DNA of 41,774 nt from Armatimonadota bacterium (lineage in GTDB: Bacteria > Armatimonadota > Armatimonadia > Armatimonadales > Capsulimonadaceae), in contig PLAD01000145.1 in assembly GCA_003134215.1 (NCBI GenBank), positions 1 to 41,774 of the forward strand, written 5' to 3'. Below the pieces are notes generated by a model. The model saw only the letters and a program-made list of their open reading frames with translations, did no database searches and was not told the DNA's origin. The translations under genes were made by a program, and so were the position numbers. This document shows positions 8,221 to 17,592 of the stretch, one piece after another (the stretch's first letter is position 1; every line of letters begins with the position of its first letter).

Positions 8221-9804
8221 ATGACCGAATCCAAGTTGGAGCCCGGCAATGCTGGGCTCTTAGCTAAAACGGTGGAAACGACAATCTGTTCTCGTAGCCA
8301 GTCAGTTCCGCCGATCCTTTTCTCAATGCTTTCCGGCGGGCTTATGTCTTTGTGCTATCCGCACGCCGACTTCGGTTGGCTGGCATTCGTCGCGATGACG
8401 CCTTTTCTGCGGACTTTCCCTTACGTCCGTACGCGAACCGCCTTTGCATACGGGTTTGTCTGTGGCCTGACGTACTTCACTTGCCTCCTCTATTGGATCG
8501 CTGTCTTTGCAGCGACCAAAATCGGCGGCTTCGGTGTCGCAGCCTGGATTATTCTCTCGGCTCGCGAAGCCTTATGGTCAGGGCTCTTCGCCGCTCTGGT
8601 CAATGTGCTGTGGAAGAAGTCAGGCCCGCTTATTCGGTGCATTGGAGCAGCTTCGATCTGGACGTCCTGTGAGTGGCTGCGACAGCTCGGACCGCTTGGA
8701 TTCGGATGGGGTGACCTTGCTTATTCGCAGTGGCATTTTCTTCCGTTCATACAGATCGCATCGATCACCGGCATCTGGGGAATTACCTGGCTCATTGTAT
8801 ATATCAATGCTGCAGTTGCTTCGATGGATCGAAGAACACTCGCACTTGCGTGCGTACTTTCATCAATCGTGCTTATCAATGGAGGGCTGAAAATACAACA
8901 AGAAAATGCTGTTGGTGTGAAAACCGTCGCGGCATCGCTTCAGGCAAACATCAGTGAGGACGTGCCTTATGCCGGGCTGAGGCCGGCAAGCAGTGACTAC
9001 TTTTACGGCACTTTGAGTCAATTCGATCGCATGGCACAGGCGGCGAAAGACCGCTGTGGAGCGACAATCTGTGTAACTGCGGAAACTTCTATCCCGGGAT
9101 ATCCAAACTTGGACCTGCCGTTGAAATCGATCTTGCGCGGCATCTCTCAAAAGGATGGCGTCGCCCTGATAGTTGGAGCAAGGGATGTAGATTTCAAGTC
9201 TGGCCTGGATACCAACTCGGTTTTCACGTTTCTCCCCGATGGAACGGAATATGGTCCATACAATAAGTCACAACTGGTGCCGTTTGGGGAGTACGTGCCG
9301 TATCGCAAAGATCTTCCCTTTCTGAACTCATTTCATGTGCTGAACTTTGAAATGCAGCCTGGCTCCGCGGACCAGGCGCCGCTTCCGGTCGGCGGAGGAA
9401 ACAAGGCTGGAATCGCTGTCTGCTATGAGTCGACTTATCCGCGCTTCTTGCGAGAACAAGTACTGCGCGGTGCGACCTTCGATGTGGTGGTGACAGACGA
9501 TACCTGGTATGGAAGAACTGCCGCGGCTGAGCAGCATCTAGCGATGTCGATACTTCGCGCTGTCGAAACCGATCGGTACCTCGTGCGCTGCGCTTCCACA
9601 GGAGTGTCGGCAGTCATTTCGCCAACCGGAAAGGTGCTTTCAAGAGCCAATATCTTTACTTGCGCTGTTGTTTCTGCGCCAATCGAGCAGCGTCGCGACT
9701 TAACATTTTATGTGTGCCACGGCGACTGGTTTGCAGTACTGTGCACTGCCGCATCGGTCATAGTTTTAATATTTCTCAAGGAGAACTTAAATCGAATTGA
9801 GTGA
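8221..9804 (+). CDS. lnt: Apolipoprotein N-acyltransferase
   Basis: N-terminal polytopic membrane domain plus a C-terminal CN-hydrolase domain with LVPFGEYVPYR and the catalytic-Cys context AVCYESTYPRF. Stop is TGA at 9802-9804. Confidence 0.88.
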   Translation: MTESKLEPGNAGLLAKTVETTICSRSQSVPPILFSMLSGGLMSLCYPHADFGWLAFVAMTPFLRTFPYVRTRTAFAYGFVCGLTYFTCLLYWIAVFAATKIGGFGVAAWIILSAREALWSGLFAALVNVLWKKSGPLIRCIGAASIWTSCEWLRQLGPLGFGWGDLAYSQWHFLPFIQIASITGIWGITWLIVYINAAVASMDRRTLALACVLSSIVLINGGLKIQQENAVGVKTVAASLQANISEDVPYAGLRPASSDYFYGTLSQFDRMAQAAKDRCGATICVTAETSIPGYPNLDLPLKSILRGISQKDGVALIVGARDVDFKSGLDTNSVFTFLPDGTEYGPYNKSQLVPFGEYVPYRKDLPFLNSFHVLNFEMQPGSADQAPLPVGGGNKAGIAVCYESTYPRFLREQVLRGATFDVVVTDDTWYGRTAAAEQHLAMSILRAVETDRYLVRCASTGVSAVISPTGKVLSRANIFTCAVVSAPIEQRRDLTFYVCHGDWFAVLCTAASVIVLIFLKENLNRIE

Positions 9805-12103
9805 GTTGGGACGGACTTCAAAGCAGTGGTTCGGGCCGCATCTCCTGCTGATCGCTTTGCCATGCGTATTATTCTGGCAAGTCTTTACGGGGCATTGCCT
9901 CCTGCCGGCAAACCAGCTCAAAGATGTTTATCCATGGCGAACGGGGAATTCGGGCGACCTTGTTCCCTGGAACGTTTTGCAGTTTGACGGTATTACGCAG
10001 TTTTATCCGTGGCGTCTGCTTGCGGCTGAAACCTGGCTTTCCGGGTATGTGCCGCTTTGGAACCCACACCAATTTTGCGGTACACCTTTCCTTGCCAATT
10101 GTCAGTCGGCGGTGCTCTACCCGCCGAACCTGATATTTTTGTTGATGCCGGTGAAGTTTGCATTCGGCTGGAGCGACCTCCTGCATCTAGCCTTTACCGG
10201 TCTCTGTGCTTACTGGTTTTTTCGAAAGGCAATAAACTGCAGCGCGTGGGCCGGAGTGATCGGGGCTTCATGCTGGCAGCTTTCGACATGGCAAATCAGT
10301 TGGATCGCGCTGCCGACGTTTCTGGATACGTCATCCTGGCTGCCTGCCGCCCTCATTTGTGTCCATGTTCTCGCTCGCCGTCCTACAGCAGTAAACGCTG
10401 CGGGATCAGCAGTTATGCTGGCGATGATGATTCTCGCCGGACACCTGCAGATTGCATTTTACTGTTTGGCGCTGACTTCTGCTTATGCCGTGTTCGAAGT
10501 TATTAAAAATAATGTACCTGCCGAGAAGTGGCTGAAATCGGCAACCGTAGTCGCCGGTCTGACATTCCTGCTGACAGCAGCGCAGATTTTGCCGACCATC
10601 GAACTGTCGAGGCTTTCACATCGGGCAGGCGGAACAGCGGATTCAGCCGGCTACGCTGCCTACACGGCGCTGGCAATGCCGGTTGAGCAGATTGCCGGTT
10701 TGTTCATTCCCGGCTATTTTGGACATCCGCAGGTTGGAACCTATTGGGGTGCAACAAATTATGCAGAAAATGCCGGGTATATCGGCTCTGTCGGCCTTCT
10801 TCTCGCTGTAGTCGGACTTTTCTCACCTATGGAAAAGAAGTCGAAGTGGTTTTTCGTCGCTGTTTCTTGCTTTGCCCTGCTAATTGCCGTCGGCTCGCCT
10901 CTTAACTATCTTTTATACTACGGCATCCCTGGTTTTTCACACACAGGGTCGCCTGCGCGTATTCTGGTTATATGGACCTTCGGCACAGCATACTTGGCCG
11001 CCGCGGGCGTAGATTTACTGTTAACTCGCACCAGAGAAGTATGGCTTGGTGCGGGCTTGTATGTGGCAGCCGCACTCGCTGCCTGTGGGAGCACCGCATT
11101 CGTTCTGCTGGGCAGCAACCCTGGATTCGCAACGAATTTGGCTAACGGAACGAGGGACTATCGGCTCTGGGCGGGGATGATTATCGGAGCCCTCGCTGTC
11201 CACTGGCTTTTGACCCGTAAATTAATATCCCTGCAGACAGCGGCACCGATCCTCTTTTTGTTCGTTGCCGCGGACCTGCTCCTCGCGAACTACGGCTACA
11301 ATCCAACGGTGAGTCCGGTGGAAGTCTATCCAATTACCCCAGTCATCCGCTGGCTGCAGTCGCACGCCGGTGATGACCGAATAATGCCGGTCAATGGCCG
11401 ATGGAGCTTAACTCAGCCGCCGAATGCCGTACTTCCTCCGAATTCCGCCACCGTGTACGGGCTATACGATCTGCAAGGCTATGACTCGCTGCAGACGAAG
11501 CGCTACAAGCAGTTTGCCAATGAACTGGACGGCAATATCGACTCCAGTCCGGTGGAGAACGGGAATATTGTCTTCACTAACGGAGTTGGGTCGCGCGATT
11601 CGGAAGAAGCTGACGCGAAGTATCTAGTGACCCTAGGACCACTGGACGGTTTTGGCGACCCAGTTACAAGTGACGGTCACGTGTTCGTCTATCTTGACGA
11701 AAAGGCGGAGCCGGTTGGCGGTACGCGTGCTTTCAGTCAGACTTCACCAACAAGGATTAAGTTCGGAGTCAATGTACGTTCGTCCAACAATGTGTCAGGT
11801 ATCAATCTATTCTCGAACACGGCTGCCCGAGGGAGTTATGATGCGGCCATTCAATGGTATCCCGGATGGCGCTCATTCGACAGCGGTGGTTCGCCATCTG
11901 ATACATCGGGAGCATCGGTTACTCCAGCAGTCAGTTCGCCGTTCATGCACGTCACGGCCGGAACAAAGCAAGTCGCAGACCTTGCTTTCCAACCCGATTC
12001 GTTTCGCGTGGGCGTGTTTTTGACGCTGCTCGGATTACTATCGACCGTAGGTACTGCGCTCGGGACTCTACTGTCGAAAACTCGTTCAACCTATAGTCCA
12101 TAA
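9797..12103 (+). CDS. YfhO-family polytopic membrane protein (GT-C-like glycosyl transfer)
   Basis: The segment FDGITQFYPWRLLAAETWLSGYVPLWNPHQFCGTPFLANCQSAVLYPPN resembles the YfhO signature. More than 10 TM segments and a large C-terminal extracytoplasmic domain. TTG start overlaps the lnt stop by 8 nt. Confidence 0.65.
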   Translation: MSELGRTSKQWFGPHLLLIALPCVLFWQVFTGHCLLPANQLKDVYPWRTGNSGDLVPWNVLQFDGITQFYPWRLLAAETWLSGYVPLWNPHQFCGTPFLANCQSAVLYPPNLIFLLMPVKFAFGWSDLLHLAFTGLCAYWFFRKAINCSAWAGVIGASCWQLSTWQISWIALPTFLDTSSWLPAALICVHVLARRPTAVNAAGSAVMLAMMILAGHLQIAFYCLALTSAYAVFEVIKNNVPAEKWLKSATVVAGLTFLLTAAQILPTIELSRLSHRAGGTADSAGYAAYTALAMPVEQIAGLFIPGYFGHPQVGTYWGATNYAENAGYIGSVGLLLAVVGLFSPMEKKSKWFFVAVSCFALLIAVGSPLNYLLYYGIPGFSHTGSPARILVIWTFGTAYLAAAGVDLLLTRTREVWLGAGLYVAAALAACGSTAFVLLGSNPGFATNLANGTRDYRLWAGMIIGALAVHWLLTRKLISLQTAAPILFLFVAADLLLANYGYNPTVSPVEVYPITPVIRWLQSHAGDDRIMPVNGRWSLTQPPNAVLPPNSATVYGLYDLQGYDSLQTKRYKQFANELDGNIDSSPVENGNIVFTNGVGSRDSEEADAKYLVTLGPLDGFGDPVTSDGHVFVYLDEKAEPVGGTRAFSQTSPTRIKFGVNVRSSNNVSGINLFSNTAARGSYDAAIQWYPGWRSFDSGGSPSDTSGASVTPAVSSPFMHVTAGTKQVADLAFQPDSFRVGVFLTLLGLLSTVGTALGTLLSKTRSTYSP

Positions 12104-13470
12104 ACCTTCGAGTTGGCGTTCAGTCCGACGCCTCGAAAGCTCACCGTAAATACAGTGCCATTTCCCGAGGCGCCACCCTGCGTAGTAGTGCCGTAAAGTG
12201 CGTTGTTGAAGACGGTCAAGCTAATTGGAATTGCGCCGTTCTCGCCGTTAAAGTCGGCGATGTCTTTGACGGTATTGCCGGCCACCTCAAAGACCTCGCC
12301 TCGCCCATTAGCTCCGCCGAATGGCGTTGTACCGTATAGGTTTCCGTCGAATACGACGAGACTCGCGCCAGGCGCGGTAAAGTTGCCATAAAAGTCGACG
12401 TTTGCATACGGGTCCAATGGATTGATTGAACCTACTTGCGCTCGCGCACCGCCGCTGTCCGAACCGGTGAAGTCGGCAACATCGACAATATTATTACCGG
12501 AAACCTCGTAGACGTCGCCATGACCGGTTCCCCCTCCGAACGATGTGGCCCCGTAGAGGGCACCGTTAAATGGAACCAGGCTCGTCTCAGGAAATTGTCC
12601 GTTTTGTCCGTCGAAGCTGGCGATATCCAATATCCCGATATTCCGATGAAGGACGTGGTCGATCTTTCCGCCGAAGGGATTGGCAACCTCGAATACCACA
12701 CCGTTTCCCGTTTGACCGCCGCCGGTTGCAACGCCATACAGGTGACCCCCGAATACAGTAAGACTTCCCGCTGGTTCCATGCCGTTGCCGCCAATGCCAT
12801 TGTAACTGGTAGTGTCGAACTGAGAGATATCGTTCAAACTGCTGCCTGAGAGAACAAAGACGCTGCTAATCGCTTGAATTGCTCCGCCTGCATTTTCCTC
12901 CTGCCACTCATAACCGTACAAATTCCCGCCGAGTGGGGTAAGGAACTGGTCGATTCCACTACCCCCGCCGGAGAAAGGCGCTACCGCCGATACACTGTTT
13001 CCGGTCACCTCATAGATACATCCAGTATTTTTGGGGCCTCCCGAAGTAGTAGTGCCGTATAGACGATTATTGAAGACGGTCAATCCTCCGGTGGGTTCCA
13101 ACCCGTCATTACCGTTGAACACGGCGACGGGCACAACGCTGTTCCCGACTACTTTGAACACAGCGCCGGCACCGATGGTAGAACTATAAAAACCGCCTCC
13201 ACGGTCCGGCCCATCCGATGCGGTTCCGAATAGGCTGCCATCATAGACGGTTAAACCGGAACACGGCCATGCCATGTTGGAGCCGAAAGAGGCAACATCC
13301 GTAATTACTGCGCTCGGGGTAATTGGCCCTCCCGATGCGCTGGCGCACGGCACTGCACCGAAAACACCCGAGCAAAGCACGCAAGTCGCCAATACTATCT
13401 TTACAAAGTTATAGCCAGGGTCAGAATGGTAAAGCCGCCGGCGAATTAGTAACGGAAAGATGCGGTTCAT
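12091..13470 (-). CDS. Secreted Gloeo_Verruco (GloVer) tandem-repeat protein
   Basis: At least 6 repeats of the LYGTTxxGGxxGxGxVFEV type (RLYGTTTSGGPKNTGCIYEV, HLYGVATGGGQTGNGVVFEV, ALYGATSFGGGTGHGDVYEV, NLYGTTPFGGANGRGEVFEV, ALYGTTTQGGASGNGTVFTV). N-terminal hydrophobic signal. Confidence 0.7.
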   Translation of the reverse strand: MNRIFPLLIRRRLYHSDPGYNFVKIVLATCVLCSGVFGAVPCASASGGPITPSAVITDVASFGSNMAWPCSGLTVYDGSLFGTASDGPDRGGGFYSSTIGAGAVFKVVGNSVVPVAVFNGNDGLEPTGGLTVFNNRLYGTTTSGGPKNTGCIYEVTGNSVSAVAPFSGGGSGIDQFLTPLGGNLYGYEWQEENAGGAIQAISSVFVLSGSSLNDISQFDTTSYNGIGGNGMEPAGSLTVFGGHLYGVATGGGQTGNGVVFEVANPFGGKIDHVLHRNIGILDIASFDGQNGQFPETSLVPFNGALYGATSFGGGTGHGDVYEVSGNNIVDVADFTGSDSGGARAQVGSINPLDPYANVDFYGNFTAPGASLVVFDGNLYGTTPFGGANGRGEVFEVAGNTVKDIADFNGENGAIPISLTVFNNALYGTTTQGGASGNGTVFTVSFRGVGLNANSKVYGL

Positions 13471-13525
13471 GTTAAATTATCTCCTGACTGTTTGACTGCA
13501 ATCCGGGTAGCGCCGCCTTAGTCTA

Positions 13526-14446
13526 TCATGTTGCCGGCTTGACTATATCTTTGATATCGAACTTGCTGCCGGTGACGACATCGCAGTAAGAAGCGTACCT
13601 CTCCGTACGAACTACTCTCACTCGGCCGACGATAGTCGGGTCACCCTGAGAAATTGTGGCTCCGGTGACTGGATCAAGGATCGGCGTGCCGGGCTGATAG
13701 ATGTCGAACAATTCACCGACGACTACTCCTGCAATGTAGCCCGCATTAATGACGACTCGTCACGTTGTGTGATCCTGCGCCGCTACAAAGGCGTTCCAGG
13801 GTTCACGTGAGAGACGAGCCGAGGCCTTTGTCACCGCACTGTCGAGCGCCGTGTCGACCGCCTTGCCTGCTGGAGTAGCTAAGAATTGGTCATCAGTGAA
13901 CGCAACTCCTACAAGTGAGTCCTCGTCGTGATTTGACTTGATATGAATCTTACCGGTCGATGTTTCAAGGTCGAGGAACTCGTCGGTCTTTGCATCGGAG
14001 ATTTGCACCGTGATAGTCGCCTTAGCCTCGCCAAAGTCCCCACCTAGCCGTACGTCGCCAATATTAAGGCCCTTCTTTGACACTTTAGTCTCGGAGTAAT
14101 CTATATTTACTGGGGTCAGTACAAAGTCGGCATCCGAACGAGTTTTATCGGCATCGGTATCGTCCTGGACCACCACGATAAATGAACCCGAGTGCTGCAG
14201 CTTCTCGACAAATTGATCTTGTATCGCCGCAGCAACTTCCGGCGGGAGATTCCACTGATTAGTTTTAATCTGGTCCCATTTGCCCTGATTGACAATGATC
14301 CGGTACTTTAGTTTCGGCGTCGCAACTGCCTGTGCCGATGCCGTGGCCGAAGAAAAAACGGCCGTCGCGCTGATCGCTGTAAGGAATATGGCGGCGGCGC
14401 AAAGCTGAGACTTCATAGAGGCCAGGCAAATCTGCCGTGAGTTCAT
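13526..14446 (-). pseudogene. CsgG-family periplasmic protein interrupted by an in-frame TGA (13760-13762); alternatively two ORFs or a readthrough gene
   Basis: ORFs 13760..14446 and 13526..13711 are in the same frame. The first has a signal peptide and a CsgG-like domain. Reading through the TGA gives ...QDHTT*RVVINAGYIAGVVVGELFDIYQPGTPILDPVTG..., the beta-domain that normally ends such proteins. The downstream piece has only a TTG start and no well-spaced SD or signal peptide. Confidence 0.5.
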
Positions 14447-14555
14447 TCAAGAGTCCTTTCAAGTAGATATGTTGATAATGATTGTACGCTAAGTTCCCAG
14501 CAATCACGCCTGTTCAGGACACTATTATATGATTAACAGCCTGCTGCAGCCTATT

Positions 14556-14858
14556 TTATTTGGAACGAGGATTGTGGTTTCGGCTCATGCTTCTGATCAA
14601 GAGGATGAGACCTACAATTAAGGCCGCATCAAGTGGTGCTGCCAAAGCTACACCTATTTCGATGGCCTGCCTTCGATTCGGTAAATCCGCCCGAGTGATG
14701 TTTATCAGTGCCTGAATTATCCAGGCATTAGCTGCGAAGATCATCGAGCCGCCGATCCAGCCGGTCTCGATCGGTGAAATCCACTCTCGCTTTGCAGCGA
14801 AAGAGAGCAGGGCGACGGCGCAGATGATCCAGATAAGCCTTTGCTCGAGAATTACCAT
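14556..14858 (-). CDS. Small membrane protein (100 aa, about 3 TM), unknown function
   Basis: ATG lies 12 nt downstream of the nicotinate PRTase stop. Hydrophobic segments are present. No family recognised. Confidence 0.4.
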   Translation of the reverse strand: MVILEQRLIWIICAVALLSFAAKREWISPIETGWIGGSMIFAANAWIIQALINITRADLPNRRQAIEIGVALAAPLDAALIVGLILLIRSMSRNHNPRSK

Positions 14859-14870
14859 ACGAGCAGAGTC

Positions 14871-16229
14871 CTAAAGGGAGTTAAGATCGACTTGCTCCAG
14901 GCCGGGATTGACGAGAGGCTGCCGGCCGGTTTTTGCCAGGTCGCGCCAATTGCCGCTAACCTTGACACGGACTACGTCGGCGGTGAAGTCGTTGTTGGTC
15001 CCGATCTCGGCAGCGTTGCTGAAGAGATAAGATCCGACGCCGTAGACATCTACCGGCACTTGCTGGTCTTCGAATGCACGTATCTTAGCAGGAGTCAGGC
15101 CGCCGGTGACCGAAATCTTTATGGACTTACAGTACTCAGATGCCCGCTTCATCCACTCTGCTGGAAGATCCCACTGCCTATATGCGTTCGTCAGCGCCGA
15201 GCGGACTTTATGCACCAATTGTGGGTTTACGCCGTGTTCATCCGGGCTGTCGGACGGATAGAGGCTGTGGTCGACAAGCGTGCTCGATGTATCCAATCTC
15301 ACTCCGTACAACATATATTTGAGCGCTTCGTCGTTGTTCCCGCCCTCAATGAAACGTCGGTATTCCGTAAATAAGGCCTGCGCCGTTCTACAGGAATCGG
15401 TGACGCAGTCATTATTGAAGTCGACCAGGGCAATGCGCGGTATGCTGCGCGGAAGGACTCTCGCGAACGATCGCATGGCTTCGGCCGTGTCTCCAAAGAA
15501 ACAGGCGATGGCAGCGTGAGCGACAGTGCCGCCTCCGGCACCGCCCCACCAGTCGCCTTGTTCATCCGTGCTGACGGTAGAGACGATCTTCTTGCCGAAG
15601 GCATTGTTAAAGGCAAGCACGGCCGTATGGTAGGCGTATCCATCGGCTGCCTGTACTTCGTGAGCATCGAAACGGGCGGGAAAGAAGAGGACATCTTTAC
15701 CGCGAGCCGCCCGCAGCACTTCGTAGACATTGGTGGCGACACGAGTGCCACGGGTCAATGCACCCAGGGTAGGAGTTTCCAGCAGCGCGAAATCACGGTA
15801 GCGGCCGCGCACCTTGAGTATAGGAACAGCGCTGTCTTGTGAGCCCTCGTAGGTCGCGACGAATCCGTCGTGCACCGCTTCGACCTCCAGTTGATCGTAA
15901 GTGGAGTTCCACACTCCGTCACTGTCGAAAAAGCCCGTACACAACTTCAATATTGCGAGCACTTTGTCGACCCCGACGACAATGCTGAACGGCGTTCGAC
16001 GGGTAAACCATTGCATCTCTACGAAGAGATCGCCAACATTTACCGATGAGACATCGTCTGCATTGAGTAATGGGTGCGAGCCTGCAAAGACGTAATCCTC
16101 TTCGGAGAGACCGGCAAGAAGGCGAACGATATTCGTAAAGTATTTGTCGGAGTACCAGCCTTCGCGCATTCTAGCGGCGTCAAGTTTGAACGTCGCGGCA
16201 GGCAGCCGTTTGCCGTCAAAAATACTCAT
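14871..16229 (-). CDS. pncB: Nicotinate phosphoribosyltransferase family protein (type II PRTase)
   Basis: N-terminus ...REGWYSDKYFTNIVRLL... and overall length fit NAPRTase-type enzymes. It lies in an operon with nadE and shares an ATGA start/stop overlap with the upstream gene. Confidence 0.75.
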   Translation of the reverse strand: MSIFDGKRLPAATFKLDAARMREGWYSDKYFTNIVRLLAGLSEEDYVFAGSHPLLNADDVSSVNVGDLFVEMQWFTRRTPFSIVVGVDKVLAILKLCTGFFDSDGVWNSTYDQLEVEAVHDGFVATYEGSQDSAVPILKVRGRYRDFALLETPTLGALTRGTRVATNVYEVLRAARGKDVLFFPARFDAHEVQAADGYAYHTAVLAFNNAFGKKIVSTVSTDEQGDWWGGAGGGTVAHAAIACFFGDTAEAMRSFARVLPRSIPRIALVDFNNDCVTDSCRTAQALFTEYRRFIEGGNNDEALKYMLYGVRLDTSSTLVDHSLYPSDSPDEHGVNPQLVHKVRSALTNAYRQWDLPAEWMKRASEYCKSIKISVTGGLTPAKIRAFEDQQVPVDVYGVGSYLFSNAAEIGTNNDFTADVVRVKVSGNWRDLAKTGRQPLVNPGLEQVDLNSL

Positions 16230-17572
16230 ATTTCTCGGATGAGGCCGGTGATTCGGCCAACGACGCGCACTGTCGCGGAGAGCGGGGTTGTTGGAAACTT
16301 AGGATCGTCGGACACCAACATTTTGCTTTCGCCGTCAATGACAAGGCGACGAACTGTTTCATCTTTACCGTCGATCACCACAGCGACGAGAGATTGATCG
16401 ACTGGAGCCAGCGCTTCGTTGACGAATACCAGGTCGCCGGGCAAAACTCCACTGGCGTCCATGCTGCTCTCAGTAACTCGGAGAAGGTAGTCGGCGCCGG
16501 CTGACGGGAGTGCAATATCTTTCGCATCATCTGTGCCGCTTATAGGAAGGCGGGCACAGTCTACTTCGAAATGCAACAGGGGTTCCTTGACTCTCGCCTT
16601 CACCGCCGGCGTCTCTGGCGGGGCGTAGTCGTAGTCCCCTACATAAACATAGAAGTCGCTGGCCCTGGCGTTGATCTGGCCGACTCTCGCGGTGCTGATC
16701 GCCTGTTTCGTTTGGTTCAGTTTCGCGCTTAAATCGTCGCAAGCAGCAAGTATGAACGCCTCCGGAGTAGCCGGCGTCTTCGGTGAACCAAACTCCCCTT
16801 TACCGTGATGTGAAAGGATCAGGTGCATGAGTAGTTTTTTGAGCAGGGGAGGGAAGTCGGGTCCGATCGCACTTAAGATAGTTTGTGTTCCGAGGACAAT
16901 ATGGCCGATCAACGCTCCGTCTGCCGTGTATTCTCCATGTTTGATCCCATGCTCGAGCTCTTCGAGTTTGCCGATATCGTGCAGGAGTGCGCAGGTGACG
17001 ACCAGGTCTCGGTTGACGGTCGGGAATACCTCGCACATCTTGTCGCACATCTCGGCGACCTCGGTTGTATGCTCAATCAGCCCGCCTCTGTGCGAATGAT
17101 GCATCGTTTTAGCCGCTACAGCATCTCGAAACCGTCGCAGCATGTCGGTCGGTGTACCAAATGCGGTCCTCAATAACTGCTTAAGGTGCGAATTCTTTAT
17201 CGATTTCACCAGATGGATAAACCGATCGTAATGGACCTGGTGGTCGTCGGGCAACGGCGCAAGGAAGTTCTTAGGGTCGATATCCGATTCGGCGACCGGC
17301 TTGATCGACGAGACCGAGACCTGTCCGGAGTACTGGCCATTATCCACCTGACCGCTCATATAGAAGAAAGTGTTGGAAAGCAGGACCTGCTGAAGGTCTG
17401 GGGTGATGTTCCAAAGCTTGGCCGGAGCGCAACCAGTTCTGTCTTCGATGTTGAACATCGCGTAAGGATTGCCGGCTTTTCCCTGTTTGACTTCAGGGTT
17501 GCGCTCGACGAATAGAGAGTGTGAGAAGGAAGAACCCGGTGTCAGTTCCTCGATATATTTGCCTTTTTGCAT
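16226..17572 (-). CDS. YhaM-like OB-fold + HD-domain 3-prime-5-prime exonuclease fused to a C-terminal LexA/UmuD-type S24 domain
   Basis: Residues 1-290 align by eye along their length with B. subtilis YhaM: an OB fold, then HH...GGLIEHT, ALLHDIGK, LILSHHGKGEFGSPKTP and DDLSAKLN. Residues about 338-448 read YLLRVTESSMDASGVLPGDLVFV...VAVVIDGKDETVRRLV...VRVVGRITGLIR, which is the LexA C-terminal domain pattern. Confidence 0.8.
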   Translation of the reverse strand: MQKGKYIEELTPGSSFSHSLFVERNPEVKQGKAGNPYAMFNIEDRTGCAPAKLWNITPDLQQVLLSNTFFYMSGQVDNGQYSGQVSVSSIKPVAESDIDPKNFLAPLPDDHQVHYDRFIHLVKSIKNSHLKQLLRTAFGTPTDMLRRFRDAVAAKTMHHSHRGGLIEHTTEVAEMCDKMCEVFPTVNRDLVVTCALLHDIGKLEELEHGIKHGEYTADGALIGHIVLGTQTILSAIGPDFPPLLKKLLMHLILSHHGKGEFGSPKTPATPEAFILAACDDLSAKLNQTKQAISTARVGQINARASDFYVYVGDYDYAPPETPAVKARVKEPLLHFEVDCARLPISGTDDAKDIALPSAGADYLLRVTESSMDASGVLPGDLVFVNEALAPVDQSLVAVVIDGKDETVRRLVIDGESKMLVSDDPKFPTTPLSATVRVVGRITGLIREI

Positions 17573-17592
17573 GGGTACTTCCTTGTACTATC

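Noticed and set aside
13760-13762. The TGA in the CsgG-like gene as evidence for an alternative genetic code or selenocysteine
   Set aside because: TGA terminates many well-defined genes here at the expected protein ends (lnt, nadE, rpe, aroB, the DUF1003 gene, the second S53 gene). I see no extended SECIS-type stem-loop downstream, only a short GACGAgTCGTC palindrome.
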